A stretch of 64,000 bases of DNA, taken from the NCBI GenBank assembly GCA_047495785.1, contig JBLDXI010000032.1:372001-436000 (forward strand). The letters are read 5' to 3'. This document shows positions 37,648 through 51,086 of this stretch, piece by piece. Positions within the stretch are counted from its first letter, which is position 1, and each line of letters opens with the position of its first letter. Below the pieces are notes generated by a model. It was not told where the DNA came from and made no database searches. It was given only the letters and a program-made list of their open reading frames with translations. A program made the position numbers and the translations under genes. The stretch comes from Lepidodermella squamata (taxonomy: Eukaryota > Animalia > Gastrotricha).

Positions 37648-40600
37648 TTTAGCCGTGTCTTTTTGATAGCGGAGCAATCGACGAAGAACCAGCCAAAACA
37701 GCAAACTTTTCATCGCTGTATTATATTGCAGAAGAGCAACAGGTGTAGCTGTATATAAGCCAGCGAGGAATTTACGCACGAATGGCTACTTTTTTGACGC
37801 CGGGCTGGTTTTTTCAATATAAGGTATGTATTTTTAACCGGATATACACCGTCTAGCTACAGCGCAAACAAACAGCAGACTATGGTAGATGTGTGAAAAT
37901 TTATTCGACCGTGACAAGTCAAAGGCCTTTCGGTAAACACCCGGTATTGTTTCAAGCCGCCCAACAAGTGGCCTGTGCCCGGCGAAGGTATGGGTAAAAC
38001 TTGTTTGGCTTGAAACGAGACAAAAATGTACTCGAAAAAACAGTAGATGAGTATTATTTTTGGTATAAAAGTCGATAACATTTCACTGGGCTGGAAAAAA
38101 TGTGATCGGTTTTTTATTGTTATACTACCAGCCTACGTAATAATTAGCGGGGTTCATTAAGCCAATATTTACCTGTGTGTAATAAAAAATGCGCGCTTTT
38201 GCAACAAAGTGTAACAACGGTTAAATGACAATTCAACTCTCCGATATAGGTATGATTTACACTGGGTGGCGGCTAATGTTGTATTTATCTTGCTTGCGAA
38301 TGATTATTTATTTATTATAATATAGGTTCGTAAGAAATGGCAGTTTGAGTACATCAAAATCTGATCAATAACTTAGCCGATATTTTGCGGTCAGCAGCTT
38401 ACGTAATTAATCGGCCTATCACACCTTCAACTTTCAATATATCTTTCTGCAGATCCGATACTCTCCACCTCATAAGCGGCTAAAAGTCCTATCTCCAAGA
38501 GGCTTGATTTTGAGATAAATAAAAATGAGCTTTATTTTCAATTTTCAATTTACGGGTAATCAAACCCGACTGATCGAATGGTGCCAGCCATTTCGACCGA
38601 AGACGCATTGTTCTCGCGCTATAGGGACATTTGTTGTAGATAGGACTCTCTTGTGGATTTTTGTATTTATTGTTCACGTTTTTGAGTCCTCGCGCATTCT
38701 TATTTTTGGCTTGCGATTTGTTTGAGCCATCATCATTTTTGTCGTGGCTGAATAATGTTCATGCTGCACATAGCACTTTTAATGCCCTGTCCGCACTCGT
38801 GCCATGGAGATCTTTTGACTAATGTGGTATTAGTCACCTTTAGGTAGATAGGATTTTTCATGCGGAAAAAGATGAACTCGAAAAAATCCACGAAGTTGAT
38901 CCCTGGCAAATTTTTTTATGCGGTTTTCAGATTATTGACCAGCGTGAAAAACTGAGGCAGAAACTGCAAAAACTCAATTTCGATATTGAGCAGAGATGGG
39001 ACTTCTAGCCCCACCAACGACGATTTCCATCTCACATATTATGCAAAAATATTTCCCCGAGTTGATTTTTTTCGGACAATACCCGACGCCTCCTGGGATA
39101 TTTTGAACTGGAAAAATTGATAGCGTAGCTTTTTACGCTCGGTGGCCGATGATCGGTCAAACGGCCCGTAATATACAGTGAAATGTCCGTTGCCAGCGCA
39201 TCCCTGTGGCTATTTCTCCCCGTCATAATAGCTTGTTTTGCTGCGATGCAAAAATAGCTCCGCGACAAAACCGGGACAGATAATGCAATAATGCAATAAT
39301 GCAAAATAAATATTGTTTAGGCAAAGTTTTATCGTAAACACTGCGGAAGTGAAATTGCTATTTTTATCGTTGAATCTTTATATTAGTATAATATTGAATG
39401 AATTGACGAATGAATGGGCGTCCTATTTTATTCTCACACTGTGACGCTCATTCTGGCGTCTTCCCATTGATCGAAATGCGTGATGATATGGATCCGAGCC
39501 AAAAACAGCTAACAATACGGAAACGGAAACAAAACGGCTATAAATTACGGTGATATTATATCAGCGGCATCATATTATTTTTGTATGTGTGTGTTGCTGC
39601 TTAGCGCTTCCTTTTCACAAAAGAAAAGCCGCTCGACGATATAAAAAGAGGCAAATATGGTTAAAACAAATGCTATCGCCCAGTCTTTGGTAATGTTAAT
39701 AACAATATGATCATAAAACACTGGCGCCGTTAAATCCACGGCCCACATGTTGGCTAGCATAATGCCCATTTGAGCCATCCTAAATAATAATAATGAGACG
39801 GCCGAAACTTTATTACTGCCACACGCCCCTCGGAAATATGCGGAAATATGCAGCCAGAAAATTTAATAAACGCGCCGAAACTGAAAAACTAGACAATGTC
39901 TCACTTCAATGTTTTCGAAGTTTTATTATTACAATCAATTTCGGATTATCAAGTATCAATATATCCGCTAAGAATTATTAACAATTTTTTTCAAGGAAAT
40001 TTTCAATTCATCATATAGTGTTAGCACTTTTTCGTTGCAGTTTTTGTTGTCGCTGAAGTCGTCCCTTCAATCATTTTTAGCGCGCCAAAAGCGAGAAGAA
40101 CAAGTATATAATCGAAGAAAAGAATAAGAAAAGCGGATGGTTTTTTCTCGTCTCAATTCAATGCGAATCAAGTTTTACATCATTAATTGTACCGACAATA
40201 ATAGAAGTAATAATAAGAGAAGAAATAATTATAATAATAGTTATAATAATAATGAAATTTATTCACTCAATTGCGTCAAAAGCCGGGAACAGATTGCAAT
40301 TAAATTTGGATTTTGCTAAGACGCGCAGATAAAATAATCACTATATTTATATATAGTATTTTTGCTATATTCTAAATAAATTCTCTTATTCACAAAAAGA
40401 ACCACGGGGCGTTTCTTAAGACGTATAAAATTATAATACGAGATTCGCGATTTTTTTGGAGGACAGATTATTAGCTTCAACTCGGGACAGGAAAAGCGAA
40501 ACGCAAGAAAAAAGAATATTATACTTCACATAATTCAGGATTTTATTCTCTAGATGAGCAGTTTGTTATTACTGAATTTTCGGAGTCGTAAAAAACGTTA

Positions 40601-41226
40601 GCATTCACACAAGTGAGATGACGAAGACTACAGGTGAATTGAAGATATGTTAGTCATCAATGGAATTTTGCAGCTAGAAGAAAAAAAGATATCAGCTATC
40701 ATGATTATTACACATTGTAATGTATCAAAAAGAGATGCTCCGAGTCGAATGAAAAGAAATACGAACAAACGAAAAAACAAAATTACACAGCCTCGTTTTG
40801 TTTTCATCATCTTAAATTAAACGATTTCGGTAGGAAAAAGCATTTCCCTTTGGCTTAAATTACAATATTTGTGTGAGTGAAAAGACATTGAGCGCACACA
40901 AAATTTAAAAATTTAAAAATCCGGTGCAAAGAAAGGAAGCAGGTGCTACATTTTAAACAAGATTTTCGGTTAGGGTGATTGATTGATTATTCATTATACG
41001 TCGTGAGTGGAGCAGGAGTAAAGAACACGAAAACAACGCCGAATGGGAGGAAGAATTGATCGATAATATAAAACTCAGGATTCGCATCGTGTTACTTTGG
41101 ATTAAAATTTGTTGAAAACTAACAATTTCAGATCTCTGAAATATCTGGCGGCCGGGGCAAAAAGAATTTGCGAGAGAAGCAGAGTGAGAAAGCGCTCTTA
41201 TCCGCACCTGATGTGGTTATTATAAA

Positions 41227-44126
41227 TCATTGAAAAGTGAGCTTTCGATCAGATTTGCTCTTCCGGAGATTGCACCGCGACGGGAAGCGGGCCTGGATTT
41301 GGCAGACAGTCGCCTTTCGTAACGATTCAATCCAGTCCATTTTCTCGCGCGGGGTTGACGCCGACAGTCGGTACGATTGATGCTTACCGTAGCAGGTTTT
41401 GCCGTTTTTCTCGTCCAACTTGCAAATTTTGATCTCTTGATTCAATTTCGAGAAAATCTCAAAGCAGTGTTGGCGAGTCGAGTTTTCAGTCGGCCGGACG
41501 TCGAGACCTTCCATCGAAATAATGCCTTTCGGGTCCTTGTCCTGGTCGTTGGAAAAGTAGTAGAGACATGAGTCTTTCAGCACAAAGTAACGCCGGTGCC
41601 ACGAGCGAATTTGGCCGCCTTCTTTGAAGAGCCAGCCTTTCCGTTCGGCACTTGAAAATATTTCAGCCCTATCCAACTCGCCATCATCCGTCATTTTGAA
41701 CGGATCCCGTTTGACTGTATCGTAGACGGACTCGAGAAATTCGCGTGATAAATTGTCTTTAATCGCGTCATTGACGCGTTGGACGAAAACGTCGGCGGTC
41801 ATTCGATCGCGTTCGCGGACTTGTGGGTTGTGTAATGAGGTGTGGAGCATTATTATCAAGTAAGAAAGCAAAAAGCACGACTCTTTATCTTGAAATTGAT
41901 TAGCATTCATTTCGACGTAGCGTTGAGAAAAATGCTCCAGTATGCGTTGGATTTTTTGTGACTCGCCGGGTAAGCGGAAGGAAGACAAAAATTGACTATG
42001 AAAAGATAAAAATAAGGTAACTTCCGGGATAAAATTCATCAAATTTCACTAACCGAAGAGCATGAATGATGAGCATATTACGAAAGTCGTGTAGTCGCGC
42101 GAACTCTTCTAGCACTTTTGCGTGGAACGGTTTTCCTTCGCCCAGGTAATCGCCAAGCTTCTGCTTGTTAATTCGAGGCTCGTCATGAAGAAACTTGGCA
42201 ACAGCCTCGGCGTCGTAAGGCACAAGTACGATTCGCGATTTCATCATGAAATCTACGCCTTTCTCGGGATCCGCGTTGAATCGCTTGATTGCATCTTCTC
42301 TCAATCTTTTCGCACGCTCCCTGAAAAATGACAATTCGTGAATAACAGGAAAACGAAATGAATTGTAAATTACTCGTCTTCGACGTCATCGTAGACACCT
42401 TCAGCTTCTAACGCCGCCATCTCACTTTCAACGACCTCCAGGTCTTTTTGGTATCGATCAATATCGTTAACCAAACGGCGCTTCTTTTCAAGAACGCTGT
42501 TCAAATTATCCTGATTTTCTGGAGTGAGCTCTGCTAAAAACACATAACAATTAACACACTGGCTCCTGGGGGTTTTGCGAAAATGCACTTTTCAGACACC
42601 ACCCCATTTTTTTTTCTTAATCGATAGAGGACATCAATACAAAAGTTTTGGCACATATAAAAAAATCCGGATCGTCACGGTTATTACGTAATAACGATTT
42701 TTGTAAATACACACATGTGTGTATATGGCGTATGTTTGTGCTAGACGATACACACATGTGTGTGTATGGTGTACATGGATGTTTGTGTGAATTACACACA
42801 TGTGTGTATGTGGTGAGCCGACATATGTTGCAATGAACGTTTTCTAGAATATTATTCACACAAGTGTGAATTAGGTTTTGTTGAGTTCATTTTCAAATTT
42901 TGATTTGAAATTTGTATCATTGTTGTCAACCAATCAATGTCAAGAGCTAAACAAACAAAGCGTGCGCGGGATTTCTCGCCGCCCCCTTCTTCATCTTCCG
43001 ACACTGATACAGATTCGGAATATAATCCGGACTGTGATTCTGATTTGGAATCCAACGGTAGCGATTCATCTCGGGTGAAAACGCAGTTGAATCGTCAAAG
43101 AGGCCGGCCAAAGGGTAGTGGCAGAAAAAGAAAGACAAGCGTAGTGGTTGAAGAGGAAGTTTTAGATGACGATGAGTTAGGTCTTGAACCAAACATCTCC
43201 CAGGTTAAGCGTCCTAGAGGTCGCCCAATTTTTTAGAAGCTCTGATGGACGAGGGTGAGAACTTTGAAAATCGCCACCATCTCGATAGCACCCGCCTTAG
43301 TAACAGACACGAACGTCAACCATTCCGAGAAATTCAGCCTGCCACTATCGAAAGCCGAGTACACTCTGACGATAGCAAGCGAAATGAGGAATCGTCTCGC
43401 CTTCATTCGCCAGATCGTCAACAGCAACAGCAAGATTTAGGAAATGGGAGCGACAGAAATATCGAGAACGAGAACGAATTTCCTCGAAGGAAGCGCGTCC
43501 GTTTTGTTGAAGCCAATGAAAATGTCAATAATTTGAGAGAAGGGAAGCGCCATATAAGGAAGGTGAAAGAAGAACGAGGACCTGATGGCCGAAGAAAACG
43601 AACAGATTGTCAGCTTTGTAAAAGACTCGGCCTAAGAAAAGCGACTTAGCCTCAGAATTTTGTCAGACATGCCTAATAGCCGTCTGTAAAAAATGCTGGA
43701 TAAAACATCAGCTTGAAAAATGACGATTTTTTCTCTAAATGGAATTTTGTTTAATTGTTGATCATTCACCTGTTTTAAGCAAAATCGAATATGCTCTTTC
43801 CAGTGGTGATAATTAAAAAATTCGGAAAAATTGTTTTGGTATCGAAATCGATATCGATAATTATCGATTTTTAAAATCACCTATTTCTGTGAGTGATGGT
43901 CCGAATCTGATGGCAGATTATTGATCTAGGCCCAAAAATTAGGTAAACCTGTCAATTTGACTCATCCCACCCTCATGGTAATGGAGATAGCGATCTATAC
44001 ACACATGTGTGTATATGGGGCACTATATAGTAAACTTATACACACATGTGTGAATATAACAGTCAATGTGTTAATCAATGCATAAACCCATTTCACGTAA
44101 AATTTACCTCTTCTTTGCATAACCAT
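41227..44126 (-). CDS. CYTH: Cytohesin/ARNO Arf-GEF (coiled coil + Sec7 + PH)
   Basis: Short first exon 44126-44108, then 42533-42374 and further exons; FNADPEKGV, KLGDYLGE, FRLPGESQKIQRILEHF, IMLHTSLHNP, GWLFKEGGQIRSWHRRYFVL..CLYYF. Confidence 0.93.
42555..44070 (+). mobile_element. Internally deleted piggyBac-like element in cytohesin intron 1
   Basis: TTAA at 42551-54 and 44071-74; termini CACACTGGCT / AGTCAATGTG (8/10 inverted match); five subterminal TACACACATGTGTG(TA) palindromes; acidic N-terminal ORF and frameshifted Cys-rich end (CQLC..RKAT / FCQTCLIAVCKKCWIKH); no DDD core. Confidence 0.85.
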
Positions 44127-44372
44127 TAAGTTTTTAAGTCAAACTGCCGCGATGGCTGGGAAGGGGTGATATTACGTCCAAGTAATTAGCCACAAATTTT
44201 CGCTGGAATTCAGGAACTTGAATACATTTTATAAAGTCACTATAATAGATAGAAAGCGACCTGAATAAAAAGCAAAGGTGCACAATTTTACTAAAATATA
44301 TTTAGTAGAGGTAGTGATTAACAGGCAAAACAATTCTCAACAAAGATGAAAAATATTGATTTTCAATTTGGC

Positions 44373-45320
44373 TCAGCTATGATCATGACTTTTCACCAGG
44401 TAGCATCCAAGCTCATAGAAAGTAAAATGCAAAGCACTGGATAAAGAAGCTTTCAAAATATTGGGTGTCAGTCCTTTATAGAAGCCATTTAGATGCTCCT
44501 CGCGTAAAATCGACCGGACACAGTGGCGAAAATCTGAATAATCATATTGCCGTCCATAACCAGCTCTCGCATGCTGGAATCCCTGTATTTGCATCCGTTT
44601 CTTTACAACATCAAGTGGATGAGTAGCAACTTTAGCAACTAGTCCAGCACCGAGTCCCAGCAAGAAGTTTGAGCCGGTTACCACGAATAGGTTGCCCTGA
44701 TTCACCGAGTTTTGCAGATATTCTTTGCCCGTGTAAAAAACCATGAAATGAATTCCAGTGGCCGGGATAATTTCTAATGCGGTAGCAACAAAACCTTTGT
44801 AAAAACATCTCACTCCGTCCTCCAAGTACATTTTACGAACTGCAGAACCAATAGATTCATAGTAAATGTTTTGTCCTTGTGCAATAAACCGGGTTCTTAT
44901 TGTATCAAGAGGTTGCGCAACAAGTGTAGCTACAAAGCCAGCCATGCCACCGGAAACAAAGCGCACAGGTTCGTTTGAAAAACCGGGATAAAGGCGCTTG
45001 ACGTTATGAAAAACTTGGTCGTAAGTATAGAACTGGGTTGAGCTGTATACAACACTCAACATTTGCGCCGACACGTGACCTTTCCACAAAGCTCGGGTAC
45101 CTTCTGTTTTGATGATGTCATTGAAAGCTTGAAACAGTGACTTGTAACGTGACGTAGAGGTTTTCCGGCGGCCGATTCCCTCCCACTGAAGCTGGAACCT
45201 AATTTTGACGACATCGAACGGGTGGACAATAGCTCGAGTCAGAAACCCACTTGCCCCGCCAAGCAGAGCTGCCTTGTTTGTATGTGATGGGCAATCTTCT
45301 TTCTTCTGTCTTTCATGCAT
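44373..45320 (-). CDS. SLC25A19: Mitochondrial thiamine pyrophosphate carrier
   Basis: Three carrier repeats PFDVVKIRFQLQ, PLDTIRTRF, PLDVVKKRMQ; LWKGHVSAQMLS is typical of SLC25A19. Start set at MHERQ after the acceptor at 45327-26. Confidence 0.9.
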   Translation of the reverse strand: MHERQKKEDCPSHTNKAALLGGASGFLTRAIVHPFDVVKIRFQLQWEGIGRRKTSTSRYKSLFQAFNDIIKTEGTRALWKGHVSAQMLSVVYSSTQFYTYDQVFHNVKRLYPGFSNEPVRFVSGGMAGFVATLVAQPLDTIRTRFIAQGQNIYYESIGSAVRKMYLEDGVRCFYKGFVATALEIIPATGIHFMVFYTGKEYLQNSVNQGNLFVVTGSNFLLGLGAGLVAKVATHPLDVVKKRMQIQGFQHARAGYGRQYDYSDFRHCVRSILREEHLNGFYKGLTPNILKASLSSALHFTFYELGCYLVKSHDHS

Positions 45321-46371
45321 AACATCTATAGGTGATGGCGAAGAAGAAAGAGAATGTAGAATGTACTTCTCGAACTCAGCTATCGAAATCATAAATCCTG
45401 TCAGACAGTCTCCCACAATCTGCATCAGCGATTAGTCAAAAACATGGCAATTATTTCGAAAAGATGTATATAAATAATATATGAACTAAGAGATAAAATA
45501 ATGATTCCTCAGAAGAAAGACAAAGGAGTTGTCCAACGAATCGTTCTCGACAACAAAATAAACCTATGTTTGAAAAATCCATCATAAAGGCAGCTATTAA
45601 ATTTAAACGCGCTGGGTGTGGTGCTCGACCGAGTAGGGGAGTTGTTTGGGAGATGCGATTCAGGAATGTCCGCGATAAGTACTCAGAACCCGTTCGCACT
45701 AAATTTGAATCTTGCGTTGCTAAGGATTATCAATTGATTACGACATATGTTTGTTTAACTATCTTAGAATTAAAAATTATTTGTATAAATTACGAAATAG
45801 TATTTATTCCTATTCTTAGCAACGTTTTCTCCTGACTTTGCGCGGTATCTCCCCTCTGTCTTGGGTTTAGGCTTCGCTAACGCTCTGTCCGTAACACTGA
45901 ACGCAGAACAAACTATTATCACTCGTTTCAGCCTCATGCTTAGGTTTACATCGACACACTAGGGGCTTTATTCCTATTTCTTCCCGTTAGAATTTGAGGT
46001 TGTACCTAATTTTAATGTCCTGTCCTGCAATTATATGTTGTTTTCCTTATACTTTGTCAAGCTTCCCTCTTTGGGTGTAATAGCTTTTAAATAAATGTCG
46101 AACCCATGGTTGGCTGTTTTCTGCCTAAATTTAGGCAGAATTTTCCGCTGTAGCTTTTTCTGCTTGAAACTGCTGTAACAAGCGCCAAAACGGCGTTTAC
46201 AGCGACGAAAAGCTATTTATCTTTGATCTGAGAGGCGAAACCTGAATTTCTTTATGAACAAAGTGCTTTTAACTCATCACTCATCACAAACTTTAAGATG
46301 CCGAAAAGTTAAATCTAACACGTTCAAATGTTCATCCCATAGGGATCTTGTTGTCCCGACTATTGGATACT

Positions 46372-48477
46372 ATGGTTGTGACTAATATACCATGGGGAGC
46401 AGGTACAAAAGAAGCCAGGCAACGTGCGCGAATGGATTTAATCAACGCGGATCTTTCTCCTGAATATATCTCTGATCATGCAAAATTTCTCAGGTGAGTC
46501 GTTTTACAAAGCGAGTAATGTTTGCTCAAGCCATTATTTTAGTGAGAAAGATCGCGTGTGCGGCCCTGAAGGTTTTTTGGATGCGAAACGTAGTCAGTAT
46601 CATTACGATCTCAAGAAAACGTTGTCATCTTCGGCGACGGCTCATGAAAATGCTGGTGCTGCTCCTTCCCCTCGCCGCTCGTATTCCTCCGCGTCGCTTG
46701 TCGGAGTGAAACAATCTGCAGCTGAGTCAAAGAAGAAGTATTTAAAAACTCTGCATGCTATTGACGAATTTGTCATCCATGCGAAGCAAGAAGAGCGCGA
46801 GCTTAAGAGGATGGAGGGAGATATTATCAAGGAGCAGCAAACACTTCGCGCTAATTTGAAGCAGTTCGAATCTGACCTCTCTAAGAAGAAGTTCGGGGAG
46901 GTTCGAAAGCTCGGCACTCGTTTGGACGAGTTGGATGAAGTTAAAACCACTGCTGTTAAGAGTAATTTCAAGCTATTTGCAAAGCGCTTGAAAGACGACG
47001 TAAACGGCCTCGTTGATTTCAAGACACAAGATTCTAAGAACCAGAACAAAGCGTACTTTTGGCTGAATTGAGTTTTCACATTAGCATAATTCATAATTTC
47101 TTATAGAGATAGCGTTGCGCATCAATACCGGACTACTCTGGAGCAGTTATACCTTACGAGGATGGAAATTGATCGGGTAGTTGATGATTATCAAGCGAAA
47201 CTTCGGGCAAAAGAAGCTCAACAGCACGAATTGCAGAAACAACTCGGCGACTTGGCCATCGCAGTGAACATGGAAGCATACAAAAAGAAGAAGATTGTGA
47301 TTGAACATAAAGTGTAAGTGTGGATAATATTCTCACCCTCTGGAGTAACATTTTTGAATTCAGACGACAAAGACGTCTTTCTGACAGCCGTGTACAAGAA
47401 GACAAAACTGTTCAAAACTCTCTCGACAGCAATCTGGAAAAAGGGGATAAAGAAGTTCGAAATGCTCACTTCGCATTTCATAAGTTTGATGGCGAACTGA
47501 AGGAACGGAAAGACAAGCATTTCTCACAATATCGCGATCGAGATCGACAACTTCAAGACATACGATTCAGGTTGAAAAAGAATAGGAGAAATCAACAAGA
47601 TTTAGGCAAGAAAAATCAGCTCACCAACTTCGATATTGCTCGGGAAGAACAGAACGAAAACGTAGAGGTGAGGTTATTTGTTCGCCTAATTCACTTGGAT
47701 ATAATTGTTCCGTCCAATCGTAGCGTCATACTGAACGGCGATCTGAACGTCTAAATAAATGGCTTGGTGACAGGCTGCAAGCAGAGGAAGCCAGCGAGAC
47801 GAGGCTTCTGGCTGCCGCTCAAAATTGGCAGTTTGCGACGAAAGTAGTGAAAGAAGAAGAAGCCGTAGAACACATGGACCGAATCGTACAACAGTGCACA
47901 AACGAGGAAAAGTCCCTGTTAAATGAGTTCCGTGACAGTGACTTGCGCTTTCAAAATGCCGCACAAGAGGTACGTAAATCATTTTAAATTCATTAGAGCT
48001 ACCTACCTTCACTCATGTTAATTAATTACTCCGATTGCGCACGCAGATAGTGAGCGCTTTTTCTTTTAATTGTTTCCTTTGCGCCGTGTTGCCTGCAATT
48101 TTTTCTTATCTCATTTTCAGGTCCATAAAATTCAAAACAAACTGCTGGAAACGCGTCGTAAAAATGCGGAAAAGGTCAAACAGGAGCTCGTTGGGGTTAA
48201 CAACGAAGAGGAAAATATTCTGCAGAATTTGTTGAAGAAGCAATCTGAGATGAATAAAGTAAGTTGAGAGTGTCATAGCCGAAATTCTCTCTCAAATTTA
48301 TATTTTTAGCTGCTTGCAAAACGGTCGTACACCTACCAAAGATTACAGCAGCAAGTAGCAGTTAATCGCGAGCACAAGCTACTGCTTGACCGGCATTCTC
48401 AGGAACTAGAACATTCCCGACGAATTCAGGCTGCCACCGTCCGGCTATCATCAGCTAGTGGCGACGAAAGCAAATAA
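46372..48477 (+). CDS. Uncharacterised coiled-coil protein (multi-exon)
   Basis: First exon 46372-46493 splices in frame to 46543; K/E/R/Q-rich heptad exons follow; last exon 48310-48477 open to TAA. Internal junctions not all verified. Confidence 0.7.
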
Positions 48478-50290
48478 TGACTTGAAGATAGCTATTTTTA
48501 ATTTTCTCAGTGCTATAGTCACTGCTATAATCAAAACGGACACAGATTCTACTCCTCCTTTTTGTATTAATTTGTGTTTTCTTGATTGTGTGTCGAATCA
48601 TAGTTATGATCTGATTGCACCAACGTAGTTAGCCGTTTTTCAAAAACAGTTTTGTGACAAAATGATGATGACTACTGAGAACCAAAGCTAAAATATTATA
48701 GCTGTTATATGGAGATGCCAATTAACCTTTGTATTGCAGTTATATTTGATACGGTTTTTTTCGGGACGCGATCTGATTTTATTTTATATATCTCCGGTGG
48801 TAAAATTTGAGTGATAATACTTGACTTACCTGACAGATACTTTACGCAGTGTGAAACAATAACAAATATCAAAAATGCATTTTCATTACCGATTATTTTA
48901 TGTTACGCCTTGCGAGAATTTGAATATTTTCTTATTTCATAAGTGAACAATAAACCTTGAAAAGAAACATCAACTACATATCTGGCTTCATTTTTCAACC
49001 TTGCTTTCGGTTCACATTTATTCTTCAATTATTAAGGCAATGCTTCACTTGAAAAATCACTGTCGCCATGGCCAATGCTTGTCTACTTATCTATTCGAGA
49101 TATGTCAAGAATTCATAGATTTCGATTTTTCTCGCAAAATATCGCATTGGCAGCCATGCATTGTACGTAGCTAATCAAAGAAGGATGAGGGGATCTAACA
49201 TTGAATGAATCATAGCACTATGGTAGAAACTGCATTGCTTTGAAAGGAAACAACGCCCAACGTTAGAAAAACATAAGATGACTGAATTATTGACTTATTT
49301 TACGACATATGTTTACGAAACTTTGATTAAATTCGATTGCATTGTCGAGCTGAATGATCTAGTTATAACGCGCTACGAGCGAATGAGGTGGGGTCGCTAT
49401 TTGGCTGGCAACTACCTACAAATTTCAACTTGAAAAGGTAATCCTTGTTTTCTATATATTCCAGTCACGTGCTGAGCAGCTTAGCCTATGAGTTGAGCAT
49501 CATCATTGAATGATTCATAGATCTGCGCTTGTTTATGATCATAAATCACGCGGTGCCTCATCTCGCAGCATCTCGCCACATAATCAACGAGCACCTGTTA
49601 CATGCACTTGAGTTCGTGTGGTTTATAACGAAGCAAAGGTTCATAACATATGTTAAATCATACCGGCTGATCCCGAAACCGCAGATAAATCAAAACTTCA
49701 TTTATAATGCCAGTTTGGAAAACATTACTGAAAATGAATGATATTTATTTCCACTTACTCTGCTGGTTTCGTTAGCTCTTATTTTCGAAAATTGTTGTAG
49801 CGGATAATTAAAAAGATGACTGATGAGGATGACCAACTGCGAATGTCCGTTAGCAGGTCGAACCTCGAGCTATTGACATTGAGAACTAAAAATAGCATTC
49901 TGCGCAAATTCGGTCGATGCCAACTCTATCAAGCTGCGCGAATTTCCGGCCGTAGGCTCATCGGAGGGTAGCAAGTGCGCATTCTGCGTAGTTACATGTC
50001 ATAAAATCGATTTGGCGCAGGTCCAACCTAACGTATATTACATAGTTGCCCCAGATATTCAGTCGAAAATGTCACGAAAAAAGCGAAGAAAAACGGAAAT
50101 CATACACACGAAACCTACTTCCTGCTCATTGATTTATTTTTTAAAGCATGCGAGCCCCAACAAGTATTTTTATCATGGTATTATTTCTCATTCACAATTT
50201 ACTGGAAATAGTAAGGCGCCGGAAACGACTTGAATAATGAAAAACATAAAGAAACTAAATTCGATAAATACTACAGTGATTTTGGTGGGG

Positions 50291-51086
50291 TTAATGAATC
50301 CCACTTGTGCTTTCTCCCGAGGTGCTGCTGCTTCGAAGCTCGTAAACGTGAGGCGGCACGTGAAGTTTTAGCCGCTTAGCCAATGCCATCAGGCCGTTTG
50401 CCTCCTTCCGAACCCGATTCAACTCGTCTTCGACACGAGTTTTCCGAAATTTCACCGCGCTGATCTCCTCATTCAGGGCAGTGCGCTTTGCTGTTAATTT
50501 CTGAACATCATCTTGCCGCTTTTCACGCTGCACAACAGCATAGCTTGAAGGAAAGACGAAATGAGAAATTCCATCTTAAAAAATTGTTAATATTTACCTC
50601 TTGTTTTTAGCAGCACGACGCATGCGTTTGACTTCGGCGGCTTCTTCTTTTGAAAGACCACGAAGATAATGATTGAGCTCTTTTAGACTCAGTTCAGCGA
50701 GTTGCTGTTCGGTAAATCTGATTAGAACTGGCTGGGTGGCTTGCACCACAGCGCCATTGCTTCGAACGATGAGCTGTTGAGGTTGATTTTGCACCGAGGA
50801 GACTTGAGATGAGGATAGGGGTACAACTGTTAGATCGCCATTGCCGAATAAGCTGGTGCTACTGCTGCTTGCAGCCGCGTTGTTCGAGTTCACTACTTGA
50901 CTGGTTGGGGCGGCTACTAGTCTGAGACTAGCGGCTGACGATGTTAAAGTTGACAGGTGATTATGATTCTGCGGTGGCTAAAAATCGATTAGGGTTCAAA
51001 CGCGACAAATTGCCTAAATTTACCTTATTTTGAAGCAACAATTTTGCCATTGTTGAACCAGACGCCTTTCCAGGCTGAGAAGCCAT
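50291..51086 (-). CDS. Maf-family bZIP transcription factor (small-Maf-like, divergent basic region)
   Basis: Three exons; extended homology region FTEQQLAELSLKELNHYLRGLSKEEAAEVKRMRR, basic region AAKNKSYAVVQREKR, then a leucine zipper. Confidence 0.85.

Noticed and set aside
37850-41200. Short ORFs in the AT-rich stretch downstream of cytohesin
   Set aside because: No domain, biased composition; best read as UTR/intergenic DNA.
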